Shown in pieces: positions 1 to 9,309 of a DNA stretch of 64,000 bases (positions are counted from its first letter, which is position 1; each line of letters starts with the position of its first letter). Under the pieces are notes generated by a model. That model worked only from the letters and a program-made list of their open reading frames with translations. It was not told the origin of the DNA and ran no database searches. The stretch is from an uncultured Verrucomicrobiae bacterium (GTDB taxonomy: Bacteria; Verrucomicrobiota; Verrucomicrobiia; Chthoniobacterales; Chthoniobacteraceae): NCBI GenBank assembly GCA_963769025.1, contig CAVYKI010000003.1, forward strand, positions 1,120,001-1,184,000, in the 5' to 3' direction. A program made the translations under genes and the position numbers.

Positions 1-3000
1 GACGCGACCGCGACGGTCCCTTCATTCAGGTGGAGTCCGCCGCTGAAAGTGTTCACCCCGCTGAGCACGAGCGTGCCGAAATCGGATTTCACGATGCTCA
101 CCACGCCATCCCCCGCATTTCCATAGATGCCGTCGGTGCCGGCGTTGTTGATGATGCTGGAAGCGATGGTGAGCGTCCGCGCGGTCTCGACGGAGACGAA
201 GAGCGCGCCCGCCGCGGTGCCGCCGGCGGTGAGGCGTCCCGCGCCGGAGATCGTCGTATCCGGCGCGGATTTCTTGATGAGTCCGCCGCCCGACAGATTG
301 AGGGTGCGGGTGGAGGCGGTGTTCAGATCGACGAGCGCGAGATTCGTGAGTTGGAGGCCGCCATCGGTCGTCGTGCCGGCATTCGTGAGGGTGTACGCTC
401 CGAGCGGCGAGGCGCTGCTGAGCTGCACGATTTTCGCGGGGTCGTTCACGTTGATGCCCGCGCTGCCCGTGTAGTACGCGCTGTAGGCGCGGACTCCATC
501 GGCCTGGTATTCCGCAAAGTCGCTGCCCACGCGCGCCCAGCCGCCGATCAGTCCGTTCGCCTGACCGGTGATGTAGATGTGCGGACCGTAGAGCCCCGCG
601 CCGAGCGTGCCGCCGGTTCCCGCGAAGTTCAGAGTGGTGCCGGTCACGAGGCCGCCGATGGCGCTGAAGGTGAGCGCGCTGCTCTGCGTGGCGGTGCCGT
701 TGTGGACCACGGTGACATTCGCAGGACCGACGAGGAAGCTGAGCACGCCCACCGTTTCGGTCGTGCCGTTTGCGTCGGAGATGAGTTTCAGGTCGCCGCC
801 CTGGATGTTGATGGCCGCGGTGTTGCCGATGCGGTTCAGGTTCTCGCCGGCGGAATTGTCCAGCACGAGCGAGCCGCCGGTGCGGATGGAGACGTTCGAC
901 ACGGCCGCGGCAGTCCCCGCCGTGCCCGCGAGCACGAGGTTTCCGCCATTCACGCTGATGCTGCCCGTGAAGGTGTTCACGCCCGTCATCGTGAGCGTGC
1001 CGGTTCCCGCCTTCGTGAGACCGCCGGTGCCCGATACGACGCCGGAGAAAGTGGAGGACGTGTTGTCGCCGCCGGCCGTGAGCGTGCCTGCGCCGAGCGT
1101 GACGCTCCCCGCGCCGGCGAACGATCCGATGGCCGTGGTGAAGCCCGCCACGTTGAATGTCGCACCGGCTGCCACATTCACGCGCGAGGTGGCCGGAGCG
1201 GACAGCGAACTGCCGAGGGTGAGCGTGCCCGCGTTCACTTCGGTGCTGCCGAAGTAGAGATTCGAGCCACCGATGGTGAAGACGCCGGTTCCGGTTTTCG
1301 TCAGGCCACCGCTTCCGAAATTGCCGCCGATGGTGCCGGTGAAAGTGGTCGAGGTGTTGTTCCCGCCGGTGGTGAGACGCCCCGCGCCGAGGAGCACATT
1401 GCCCGCGCCGGAGAGTGAGGCGATCGTGTCGTTGAAGTCGTTCAGGTCCAGCGTCGCGCCCGCGGAGATCGTGACGGCGCTCGCATTCGGAAGCGGCTCA
1501 TTTGCGCCGAGCCGCAACGTGCCGGTGCTGACGGTCGTGGCGCCGGTGTAGGTGTTCGCGCCGGAGATGAGGACGGTGCCGGCGGTGTTTTTCGTGACCG
1601 CCACCGCGCCGCCGAGCGCCGCCGTGACTGTTCCACTTTGAAGCGTGAAACCCGAGGTGCTCGTGAGCACCGAGCCCGCGCCGCCGAGGATGGAGCCGCT
1701 CGTGAGCGTCACCGCGCCGACGCTGTCGGTGCGCCCTGTGCCCATGTCGATCGTGCCGCCGCTGACAATGAGCGCACCGGGGCCGATGACATTGCTCGCG
1801 CCAAATGCGAGCGTTCCGGCGTTCACACTCGTCGTGCCGCCGTAGGTGTTCGCGCCGGAAAGGATGACGGTGCCCGCGGTGTCCTTCGTGAGTCCGACCG
1901 CGCCCGCGAGGATGGCCGTGACGGTGCCCGCGCGGACTGTGAATCCCGACGTGCTCGTGAGCGTCGCGGTGCCGGTGCCGAGGATCGAGCCGCTCTGCAG
2001 CGTGACGGCGCCGACCGTGTCGGTGAGGTTCGCACCGAGATCGAGGCTGCCGCCATTGACGGTGACCGTGCCGGTGCCAATCGCGTTGCTGGCGGAAAAG
2101 GCGAGCGTGCCCGCCGAGACGAGAGTCGCGCCGGCGAACGTGTTTGCGACGCCGGACTTGCCGATGCGAATCGTGCCTGCGCCGGTCTTGGTGATACCGC
2201 CCGCGCCCGAGACGAGGCCGGTGAAATTGACCTCGCCGCCCGTGCCCTGAGCGAGCGTGAAGCCTGTGCCGAGCGTCAACGCGCCGCTGAAGGTGTTCAC
2301 GCCGGTCGTGTTCAGCCCGCCGATGGTCCGCAGCCCGGTGCTCCCGGCGGGGACGATGATGGCATTGCTCACCGTGCGCCCCGAGGTCCCGGAGAAGAGG
2401 AGACTCGCGGGTGCGGTGCTCGTCGTCAGCACATCGCCGACGGTGATGGTGCCCGTGCCCGCCGCGCCGTTTGAATCGAGGACGACGATCCCGTTCTGGA
2501 TGACCAGTCCGCCGCTGAAGGTGTTCGCGCCACCCAGCGTGAGCGTGCCCGTTCCGGCCTTGCTCAGGACGGAACCGCCGCCACTGATGACCCCGGCAAA
2601 TGTCGTGTCCGGATTCTGCACCGTGAGGGTGAATGAATTTTGCAACGATGCGGCGCCCGTGAACGAAAGGTTGTTCGCGCCGGAAAAGGTGGTGTTGCCG
2701 TTGAGGAGCACGGTGTTCGCCAGTGTCCGCGCCGCGCCGCCGGCCTGAATCGCCCCGCCCCGCAGCGTCAGCGTGCCGGTGCCCGCGGCCGCATTGTTTC
2801 CGACCACCGTCGTGCCCGCGCGGAGATCCAGTCCGCCGGTGAAGGTGTTCGCCGCATTGAGCGCCATCGTCCCGGTGCCGAGTTTGCGCAGGTAGCGCCC
2901 GTTGCCGCTCACCACGCCGCCCAGCGTGAGCACGCCCGTGCCCCCGACGGTCATCCGGATGCTCGTGGTCTCCGTGACTGCGCCGTTGATCGTGAGATCG

Positions 3001-4484
3001 CTCGTGCTGTTGAACGCCAGGTTGCGCTTGGTGAACTGCACCGCATTCGCCAGCGTCCGCGCCCCACCCGTCGCGGCGAGCGTCCCGCCGTTGAAGAGCA
3101 GAGTTCCCGTCCCGAGCGCCGTGTCCGAACCGATGGTGAGCGTGCCGGTCTGGAGCGTGGTCGTCCCGGAATGGGCGTTGTTCCCCGAGAGCGTCAGGTT
3201 CCCGGTGCCGGTCTTGAGCAGCGAAAGCACTCCGGTTCCGTTTTGCAGGGTACCGGCAAATGTCGTGCTCGTGTTCAGGCCGCCCGTCGTAAGGGTCGCC
3301 GCTGCGCCGGTGTTCTGCACGAAGCCACCGGCAGCTCCGGCGAGCGAGCCGATCGTGAGGCTGTTTCCGCCGAGGTCCAGCGTTCCGCCGGCGTTCACGG
3401 TGACCGCGGAGTTCGCGCCGAATGCCTGCGCATTGCCCGCCCGCAGCGTGCCGCCATTTACCATCGTGGAACCCGAGTAGGTATTTTTTCCGGAGAGCAG
3501 CAGCGTGCCCGCTCCCGCCTTGATCAACGAGTTCGCCGTCGTGCCATTGGCAAGTGTCCCTCCGAGCGTGAGCGTGCTGTTCGCCGCCGCGACCGTGATC
3601 GTGCGACTCGTCCCCGCCGCGGTGCCGAGCGTCGCGTTCCCGGTGCCGAGGTTCAGGTCATGCGCCGTCCCGATGCCGCCGCCCGCAAAGGTGAAGTCGC
3701 CATTGATCGACACGCCGTAGTTGCCCGTGGTGATGGCCGCGCCGCTCGTGTTGTCGATCGTGGTGCCGCCATTGATGGTGAAGATATTCCCGGTGTTCCC
3801 GAGCGCCGCTGCCGAATTGATGTTCAGCGTTCCGCCCGCGAGCGTGAAGGCCCTGCCTCCCCCGCCGAAGGTGTTCGCCCCGCTGAGCGTCAGCACACCG
3901 GCGCCGGATTTCGTGAGGAGAAAGTTGCTGCCCGTGATCGCCGAGCTGATCGTCAGCGACGCACCTGCAGCCGTGTCAAAATTTCCGTTCGCCGCGAGCG
4001 CCAGCGTCAGCGTTTGCGTGCCGTTCCGGATCGTGAGCGAGCCGTTTGCCGCGACGTAGATGAGGTCCGCCGCCGCCGAACCCGGCACCGTGTTCACGCC
4101 TCCGCTGAGGGTCAGGATTCGTGCGGCGGACCCGTTGTTGGCAATGGTGAGCGCCTGCGTCGCGTCCAGGTCGTTCAGCGTCCCGACGCTCAGATTCGCA
4201 CCCAGCGTGAAGGTGGTGACGTTGTAGATCGCGCTGGTGAAGGTCGCATCCCATGCAATCCCCGGCGTCCCGCCGCCAAGATAGCTGCTTCCGGACGCCA
4301 GATCCGTCGCCGTGGTGAGCACATCCTTTTCCACATTTGCCGCCGCCCGGTCGCACACCATCAGCAACTGGGCGACGAGCAGCCACACCGCTGCGAGAAC
4401 GTGCCTCACGGTCGCCAAGAGCGGGCGCTCGTGGGAACACGAGGCACTGACCTGATTGCTAACCTTATGGGATACGCTGCGCAT
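1..4484 (-). CDS. Giant secreted autotransporter-associated beta-strand repeat (PATR) protein, 3' end runs off window
   Basis: Hand translation from ATG 4484 (MRSVSHKV...VRHVLAAVWLLVAQLLMVCDRAAANVEKD, signal-like); frame matches at position 1. About 10 LxKxGxGTLTLSGxNT(F/Y)xG repeats. Absent from the ORF track because no stop lies in the window. Confidence 0.9.
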   Translation of the reverse strand, partial: MRSVSHKVSNQVSASCSHERPLLATVRHVLAAVWLLVAQLLMVCDRAAANVEKDVLTTATDLASGSSYLGGGTPGIAWDATFTSAIYNVTTFTLGANLSVGTLNDLDATQALTIANNGSAARILTLSGGVNTVPGSAAADLIYVAANGSLTIRNGTQTLTLALAANGNFDTAAGASLTISSAITGSNFLLTKSGAGVLTLSGANTFGGGGRAFTLAGGTLNINSAAALGNTGNIFTINGGTTIDNTSGAAITTGNYGVSINGDFTFAGGGIGTAHDLNLGTGNATLGTAAGTSRTITVAAANSTLTLGGTLANGTTANSLIKAGAGTLLLSGKNTYSGSTMVNGGTLRAGNAQAFGANSAVTVNAGGTLDLGGNSLTIGSLAGAAGGFVQNTGAAATLTTGGLNTSTTFAGTLQNGTGVLSLLKTGTGNLTLSGNNAHSGTTTLQTGTLTIGSDTALGTGTLLFNGGTLAATGGARTLANAVQFTKRNLAFNSTSDLTINGAVTETTSIRMTVGGTGVLTLGGVVSGNGRYLRKLGTGTMALNAANTFTGGLDLRAGTTVVGNNAAAGTGTLTLRGGAIQAGGAARTLANTVLLNGNTTFSGANNLSFTGAASLQNSFTLTVQNPDTTFAGVISGGGSVLSKAGTGTLTLGGANTFSGGLVIQNGIVVLDSNGAAGTGTITVGDVLTTSTAPASLLFSGTSGRTVSNAIIVPAGSTGLRTIGGLNTTGVNTFSGALTLGTGFTLAQGTGGEVNFTGLVSGAGGITKTGAGTIRIGKSGVANTFAGATLVSAGTLAFSASNAIGTGTVTVNGGSLDLGANLTDTVGAVTLQSGSILGTGTATLTSTSGFTVRAGTVTAILAGAVGLTKDTAGTVILSGANTYGGTTSVNAGTLAFGASNVIGPGALIVSGGTIDMGTGRTDSVGAVTLTSGSILGGAGSVLTSTSGFTLQSGTVTAALGGAVAVTKNTAGTVLISGANTYTGATTVSTGTLRLGANEPLPNASAVTISAGATLDLNDFNDTIASLSGAGNVLLGAGRLTTGGNNTSTTFTGTIGGNFGSGGLTKTGTGVFTIGGSNLYFGSTEVNAGTLTLGSSLSAPATSRVNVAAGATFNVAGFTTAIGSFAGAGSVTLGAGTLTAGGDNTSSTFSGVVSGTGGLTKAGTGTLTMTGVNTFTGSISVNGGNLVLAGTAGTAAAVSNVSIRTGGSLVLDNSAGENLNRIGNTAAINIQGGDLKLISDANGTTETVGVLSFLVGPANVTVVHNGTATQSSALTFSAIGGLVTGTTLNFAGTGGTLGAGLYGPHIYITGQANGLIGGWARVGSDFAEYQADGVRAYSAYYTGSAGINVNDPAKIVQLSSASPLGAYTLTNAGTTTDGGLQLTNLALVDLNTASTRTLNLSGGGLIKKSAPDTTISGAGRLTAGGTAAGALFVSVETARTLTIASSIINNAGTDGIYGNAGDGVVSIVKSDFGTLVLSGVNTFSGGLHLNEGTVAVA

Positions 4485-4503
4485 TTGCGGGCTGGACCCG
4501 ATT

Positions 4504-4520
4504 AGCAGCAGCCATACCAA
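4504..4520 (-). promoter_or_regulatory. Putative sigma-54 (-24/-12) promoter of PATR gene
   Basis: Minus strand TTGGTATGGCTGCTGCT = GG-N10-GC, about 20 nt upstream of the ATG. Confidence 0.55.
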
Positions 4521-4736
4521 GCTATCATCGGAGCCTGGTCGGAGCGAGGGGGCCGGTTTTTTCAAAAATATTCAAACGCGCTCAACCCGCCATCGCCTGG
4601 CTTGATGTCAGGCCTCTTGCAGAGGGAAATGCTGCGACCGGATGGGGAACGGGACCTGGTCGCGGTAACGGTTCGGAGGGGCTTGAAGCGGTCACCCGAT
4701 GCGCAAATGGAACGCATGCTGCTTTCTCATCGGTGC

Positions 4737-5147
4737 ATGACCGCTTCCAACACCCCATTGTGCTTCCTGATCATCGACGACAACCCGCTGCTGAACCGTT
4801 CCCTGAAGAACTATATCGAGGCGCAGGGCCATCGCTGCACATGCCTGCTCGACAGCACCATGGCCATCGAATGGCTCGACGATAACTCGTGCGACGCCGT
4901 CCTCTCGGATATCCGGATGCCGGAGATTGACGGGCTCGAGCTCACGAAATTGATCCGCGAGAAACACCCGTCGCTCCCGATTCTGATTTCGACCAGTCTT
5001 GGCTATGACGAGGAGCTCATGCAGACGGCTCTCAAGGCCGGCGCTGATGGGTACATTAGCAAAGTCATGGGACCGAAGGCGCTTCTGATGACCTTAGTCC
5101 AGACTGCCGGCCGGCGGACTTCTCCCACTGCCCGGATCGCAGCCTGA
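4737..5147 (+). CDS. Single-domain response regulator (REC)
   Basis: FLIIDD...VLSDIRMPEIDG...ISTS...YISK; likely start ATG 4737. Confidence 0.85.
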   Translation: MTASNTPLCFLIIDDNPLLNRSLKNYIEAQGHRCTCLLDSTMAIEWLDDNSCDAVLSDIRMPEIDGLELTKLIREKHPSLPILISTSLGYDEELMQTALKAGADGYISKVMGPKALLMTLVQTAGRRTSPTARIAA

Positions 5148-5342
5148 GTCTGCGTTAGCGCTGGTTGGGGGACTCCCGGGGAGGGATGGAGGCCCCTCTT
5201 CTGCTGGGGCGTTCCGGCATGGCGCGTGGGTATTTATCGCGGCGGGTGCTTCCGGTGGGCCGGTGTAGTGGACCGGTTCGGAAAAATGAAGAAAGTTAGA
5301 ATTATTATTCTGAGGGAACGGAGGCTGCTATTCAGGGAGTCC

Positions 5343-5738
5343 ATGAACAAACCTCGTATCCTCATTGTTGACGATGAACCAAATGTCTCCCGCCTGGTGG
5401 CGACCCACTTGGAGAAAACCGGACTGTATGAAGTCCGCACCGAGAGCCGTTCATTTGCGGCCGTAGCCGTGGTAAGGGAGTTTCGTCCGGACTTGGTGTT
5501 TCTCGACGTGGACATGCCGGGCAAGGACGGCGGTGATGTCGCCTCCGAGATCCAGGCCGATCGCGGGATCGCGAATACGAGGATTGTCTTTCTCACTTCG
5601 CTCATCGCGCCGAGCGAGGCCGGGAAGAAGGCGACGATGCGGGGCGGATTCCGATTCCTATCGAAGCCGACGAGCCCGGCTGTTCTGGACGAGACGATCC
5701 GGGAGATGCTGGCGCAACCCGTGCAGGCTGCGGCCTAG
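5343..5738 (+). CDS. Single-domain response regulator (REC)
   Basis: ILIVDDE...FLDVDMPGKDG...FLTS...LSKP; likely start ATG 5343. Confidence 0.9.
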   Translation: MNKPRILIVDDEPNVSRLVATHLEKTGLYEVRTESRSFAAVAVVREFRPDLVFLDVDMPGKDGGDVASEIQADRGIANTRIVFLTSLIAPSEAGKKATMRGGFRFLSKPTSPAVLDETIREMLAQPVQAAA

Positions 5739-5764
5739 GTTGCCTTAGCCTGCGCATCTGCCCT

Positions 5765-7345
5765 ATGACGGAGGACACTCTTCGAAAGGCGCGGATTGTT
5801 CTGGTGGATGACTGCGTGAGCAGTCTCTGCCTGCTTGAGAACGTCCTGAACCGGCTCGGTTACCGCAATGTCTGCAAGTTCAGCAATCCGCTGGAAGTCG
5901 TTGCGGAGGTTTCCGCGCGGACCCCGGACCTGATCATCACCGACCTGCTGATGCCGGAGCTCGATGGGTTCGGGCTGATCACGCAGATTCGCGCACTCCA
6001 CCCGCAGCAACTTGCGCTGCCGATCATCGCGGTCAGCGTGTCGAAGGATTCCAAGCACCGGCAAAGGGCCTTGGCAGCCGGGGCCACGGACATTTTGCAC
6101 AAGCCGCTCGAACCCACGGAAATCCTGATGCGGATCCGCAGCGTGCTGCGCAGCAGGTTCCTTTTCGCCGAACTCGGGAACCAGAATGTGATCCTGGAGG
6201 AAAAGGTCGCGGAGCGGACGAGGGAATTGCGCGACAGCCAGCATCAGGTCGTCCAGCGGGAGCGCTTCCGTGCCTTTGGCGAAATGGCCAGCGGAGTCGT
6301 GCATGATTTCAACAACGCGCTGGTCTCGGTGATCGGATACAGCGAATTGCTGCTCGGGGACGAGGACGCGATCCGCAATCCGGACACGGTGCGGGAGTAT
6401 CTCCGGATCATGCATACCGCTGGGCGGGATGCGACGCACGTCGTGGGGCGGCTGCGCGACTTCTACCGGCCCCGCGAGGAGTCGGATGTTTTCGCGGCGC
6501 TGGATTTTAACAAGCTGGTGCAGGAGGCAATCGCGCTCACCCAGCCCAAGTGGCGGGAGCAGGCGCAAAACCGCGCGGTGAAAATCGAGGTGGCGCTCGA
6601 GCTGGAAAAGGTGCCGTACATTTCAGGGAGTGGCCCGGAGCTGAGGGAGGTCCTCATGAACCTGATCTTCAACGCCGTCGATGCCATGCCGCAGGGCGGC
6701 GCCATCACCATCCGTTCGCGGCAGGATGCCGGGCAGGTGGTGATCGAGATCGCCGATGCCGGGCTCGGGATGACGGAGGAAGTGAGGCAGCGCTGTTTCG
6801 AGCCGTTCTTTTCGACCAAGGGCGAGGAGGGCACGGGGCTGGGGCTCGCGATGGTCTTTGGCATCGTCAAGCGGCACGACGCGCTCATCGAGGTCGAGAG
6901 CGAGCCCGGCAAGGGCACCACGTTCCGGCTGCGGTTCCCGGTGCAGGATGGACTGGAGGAAGACCTCACCGCGGGCGGAGCCCGGACGCACACGAGCCTC
7001 CGTGTCTTGGTGGTGGATGACGAGCAGGTGGCGTGTGATGTCGTCGCAAAGTACCTTCGGAACGACGGCCACCACGTGGAATGCGTGGCGAGCGGCGAAG
7101 ACGCACTCGCCCGCCTCCACTCCGATGGGATCGACCTTCTGCTCACCGACCACGGGATGCCCGGCATGAACGGCGTCCAACTGATCGATGCCGCGCGGGC
7201 GTTCGGTCATCAGCAACCTGCGATCCTCATGAGCGGCATGGATCTGGATTCGCGGGACAAACCCGAGTTTGCCCACGGGTTCCTCCGCAAGCCCATCCGG
7301 CATCGCGAGCTTCAGAAGCTCGTGGCGGACCTCTCGCGGAACTGA
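5765..7345 (+). CDS. Hybrid histidine kinase REC-HisKA-HATPase-REC
   Basis: H-box GVVHDFNN, N-box NLIFNAVDAM, F/G2 PFFSTKGEEGTGLGL, N- and C-terminal REC. Confidence 0.93.
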   Translation: MTEDTLRKARIVLVDDCVSSLCLLENVLNRLGYRNVCKFSNPLEVVAEVSARTPDLIITDLLMPELDGFGLITQIRALHPQQLALPIIAVSVSKDSKHRQRALAAGATDILHKPLEPTEILMRIRSVLRSRFLFAELGNQNVILEEKVAERTRELRDSQHQVVQRERFRAFGEMASGVVHDFNNALVSVIGYSELLLGDEDAIRNPDTVREYLRIMHTAGRDATHVVGRLRDFYRPREESDVFAALDFNKLVQEAIALTQPKWREQAQNRAVKIEVALELEKVPYISGSGPELREVLMNLIFNAVDAMPQGGAITIRSRQDAGQVVIEIADAGLGMTEEVRQRCFEPFFSTKGEEGTGLGLAMVFGIVKRHDALIEVESEPGKGTTFRLRFPVQDGLEEDLTAGGARTHTSLRVLVVDDEQVACDVVAKYLRNDGHHVECVASGEDALARLHSDGIDLLLTDHGMPGMNGVQLIDAARAFGHQQPAILMSGMDLDSRDKPEFAHGFLRKPIRHRELQKLVADLSRN

Positions 7346-7383
7346 ACCGGCGGTGCGGCCCCGTTGCTGCCGAGCGGCAATCC

Positions 7384-9309
7384 TCAGGCCTGTTTCACGA
7401 GGTCAGCTTGCCGGCTTGCGTTCAGGACATCCCGGACCGCGCCGAGCAGGACACTCGCGGTGAATGGCTTTCCGAGGAATGCGGTCGAGTCGCAGTCTTC
7501 GGTGGCATCGCGTTTGTTCAATGCTCCGGTCACGAGCATGGTGGGCAGGTTCGGGGCGATCCGGGAGAGCGTCCGCACGAGCAGGCGGCCATCGAACCGC
7601 GGCATCCGCTCGTCGGTGATGACCAGGCGGATGCTATCGCTGTTCTCGCTGTAGCGTTTGATGGCCTCGATGCCGTCGCAGGCCTTGATCGTGCGGTAGC
7701 CGAATTTCTCCAAGGTCCTGGCGGTGGCATTCAGCGTCGCCGCGTCGTCATCCACCATCAGCAGCAGTTCGCCATTACCCCGCGGCAGGTCGGCAGAGGT
7801 CGGATGCTCGGAAAAAGCGGGGACCTCCGCGGCGAGGGCGGGAAAGAAAACCCTGAAACAGGAACCGGATCCCAATTTGCTTTCGACGGAGATGAATCCC
7901 TCGTGCGTTTTCAAAACGGTCTGCACGGTGGCCAGCCCGAGTCCGGTGCCGTGGCCTTCCTGCTTGGTGGTGAAGAAGCTGTCGAAGATCCGTGCGAGGA
8001 CCTCGGGCGCGATTCCGATTCCGGTGTCGGCGACGGTTGCGCAGACGTAATTCCCGGGCCTCGAACCTTCGATGCCGATGCAATCCAAGTCCGTCAGGGT
8101 CACATTCGCGAGGGAAACGCGGAGTTCCCCGCCTGCGGGGATCATCGCATCGCGGGCATTGACGCAGAGATTCATGAGGACCTGATCCAGTTGCGAGGGA
8201 CTGCCGGAAACGGTCCACAAATCAGCCGGAAACTTGGTCTTGATCGCGATGTTCCGCGGCAGGGTTCCGGAGAGTATTTTCACGCTCGCCTCTGCAAGGT
8301 GGCGCAACTGCACCTCCGCCTTCGCCTTCCCCGCGCCCCGTGCGAAGCCGAGGATCTGGCGGATGAGATCTGCACCGTGATGCGCGGAGGCTTCCAGCAT
8401 GTCGAGCGACTCATTTCCGCCCTCGTCGTGGTTTTCCAGCCGCAGCATTTCGATGCTGATCATGATCGGAGCGAGGACGTTGTTGAGGTCGTGCGCGATG
8501 CCCGTGGCGAGCGTCCCGATGGTTTCGAGGCGCTGGGTGCGGAGGAACTGCGCCTCGAGCTGCTTTTTTTCCGTGAGGTCGGTATTGATCGTCAGGATCG
8601 CCCTCGGATTCCCGGCATCGTCACGCAAGAGCTTGCGGCGGCTGTCCACGATGATCGCCTTCCCGTCGCGGGTCACGCAGGTGACTTCGGCGCGCGAGGT
8701 CTCCGTGGCAAGGAGGGCCGCGTGCCCGGCCTCCTCGTTCGCTCCTTTCGCGAGCAGCTCCGCGGCGCGCTGGCCGATCGCTTCCTCGCTGCTCCACCCG
8801 TAGAGCTGCTCTGCGGCGGGGTTCCAGTAGGTGATGCGTCCGTCGAGATCGCAGACAAAAATCGCATCCGGCGCGAGGCTGATCAGTTCCGCCTGCTCAC
8901 GGATCCGGTCGGTCGCCTGGTGGAGCCGGCGATACCGGTTCAGGCGTGTGATGGTGCGGATTCGCCCGCGAAGTTCCATTCGGTTGAACGGCTTTGAAAC
9001 GAAATCGTCCGCGCCCGCCTCGATGCCTTCCATTCGCGACGCCTGGTCGTCCAGGGCCGTGAGCATGATGACTGGCACTTCGGCCAGCCGTGCATCGGCG
9101 CGCAGCCGGCGGCAGACCTCAAAGCCGTCCATCCCGGGCATCATCACGTCCAGCAAGACGAGATCCGGCGGAGTCTCGGCCGCCATGCGCAACGCGGTGG
9201 CCCCGTCGGCAGCCTCCAGGAGGTGATATCCTTCCATGTCCAGGAGCGCGCGAATCGTCTCACGGTTGGCCTCGATGTCATCGACGATAAGTACGGAAGC
9301 TGGGGTCAT
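7384..9309 (-). CDS. Hybrid histidine kinase REC-PAS-HisKA-HATPase-REC
   Basis: GIAHDLNN, NLCVNARDAM, DTGIG, FFTTKQEGHGTGLGL; PAS (WNPAAEQLYGW). Confidence 0.93.
   Translation of the reverse strand: MTPASVLIVDDIEANRETIRALLDMEGYHLLEAADGATALRMAAETPPDLVLLDVMMPGMDGFEVCRRLRADARLAEVPVIMLTALDDQASRMEGIEAGADDFVSKPFNRMELRGRIRTITRLNRYRRLHQATDRIREQAELISLAPDAIFVCDLDGRITYWNPAAEQLYGWSSEEAIGQRAAELLAKGANEEAGHAALLATETSRAEVTCVTRDGKAIIVDSRRKLLRDDAGNPRAILTINTDLTEKKQLEAQFLRTQRLETIGTLATGIAHDLNNVLAPIMISIEMLRLENHDEGGNESLDMLEASAHHGADLIRQILGFARGAGKAKAEVQLRHLAEASVKILSGTLPRNIAIKTKFPADLWTVSGSPSQLDQVLMNLCVNARDAMIPAGGELRVSLANVTLTDLDCIGIEGSRPGNYVCATVADTGIGIAPEVLARIFDSFFTTKQEGHGTGLGLATVQTVLKTHEGFISVESKLGSGSCFRVFFPALAAEVPAFSEHPTSADLPRGNGELLLMVDDDAATLNATARTLEKFGYRTIKACDGIEAIKRYSENSDSIRLVITDERMPRFDGRLLVRTLSRIAPNLPTMLVTGALNKRDATEDCDSTAFLGKPFTASVLLGAVRDVLNASRQADLVKQA

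Noticed and set aside
30..4505. Long + strand ORFs (462, 278, 621 aa)
   Set aside because: Antisense shadows of the GC-rich PATR gene; no recognisable motifs
5298..5311. AGAAT-N4-ATTCT palindrome upstream of the second REC gene
   Set aside because: Possible operator, but single, short and unassignable
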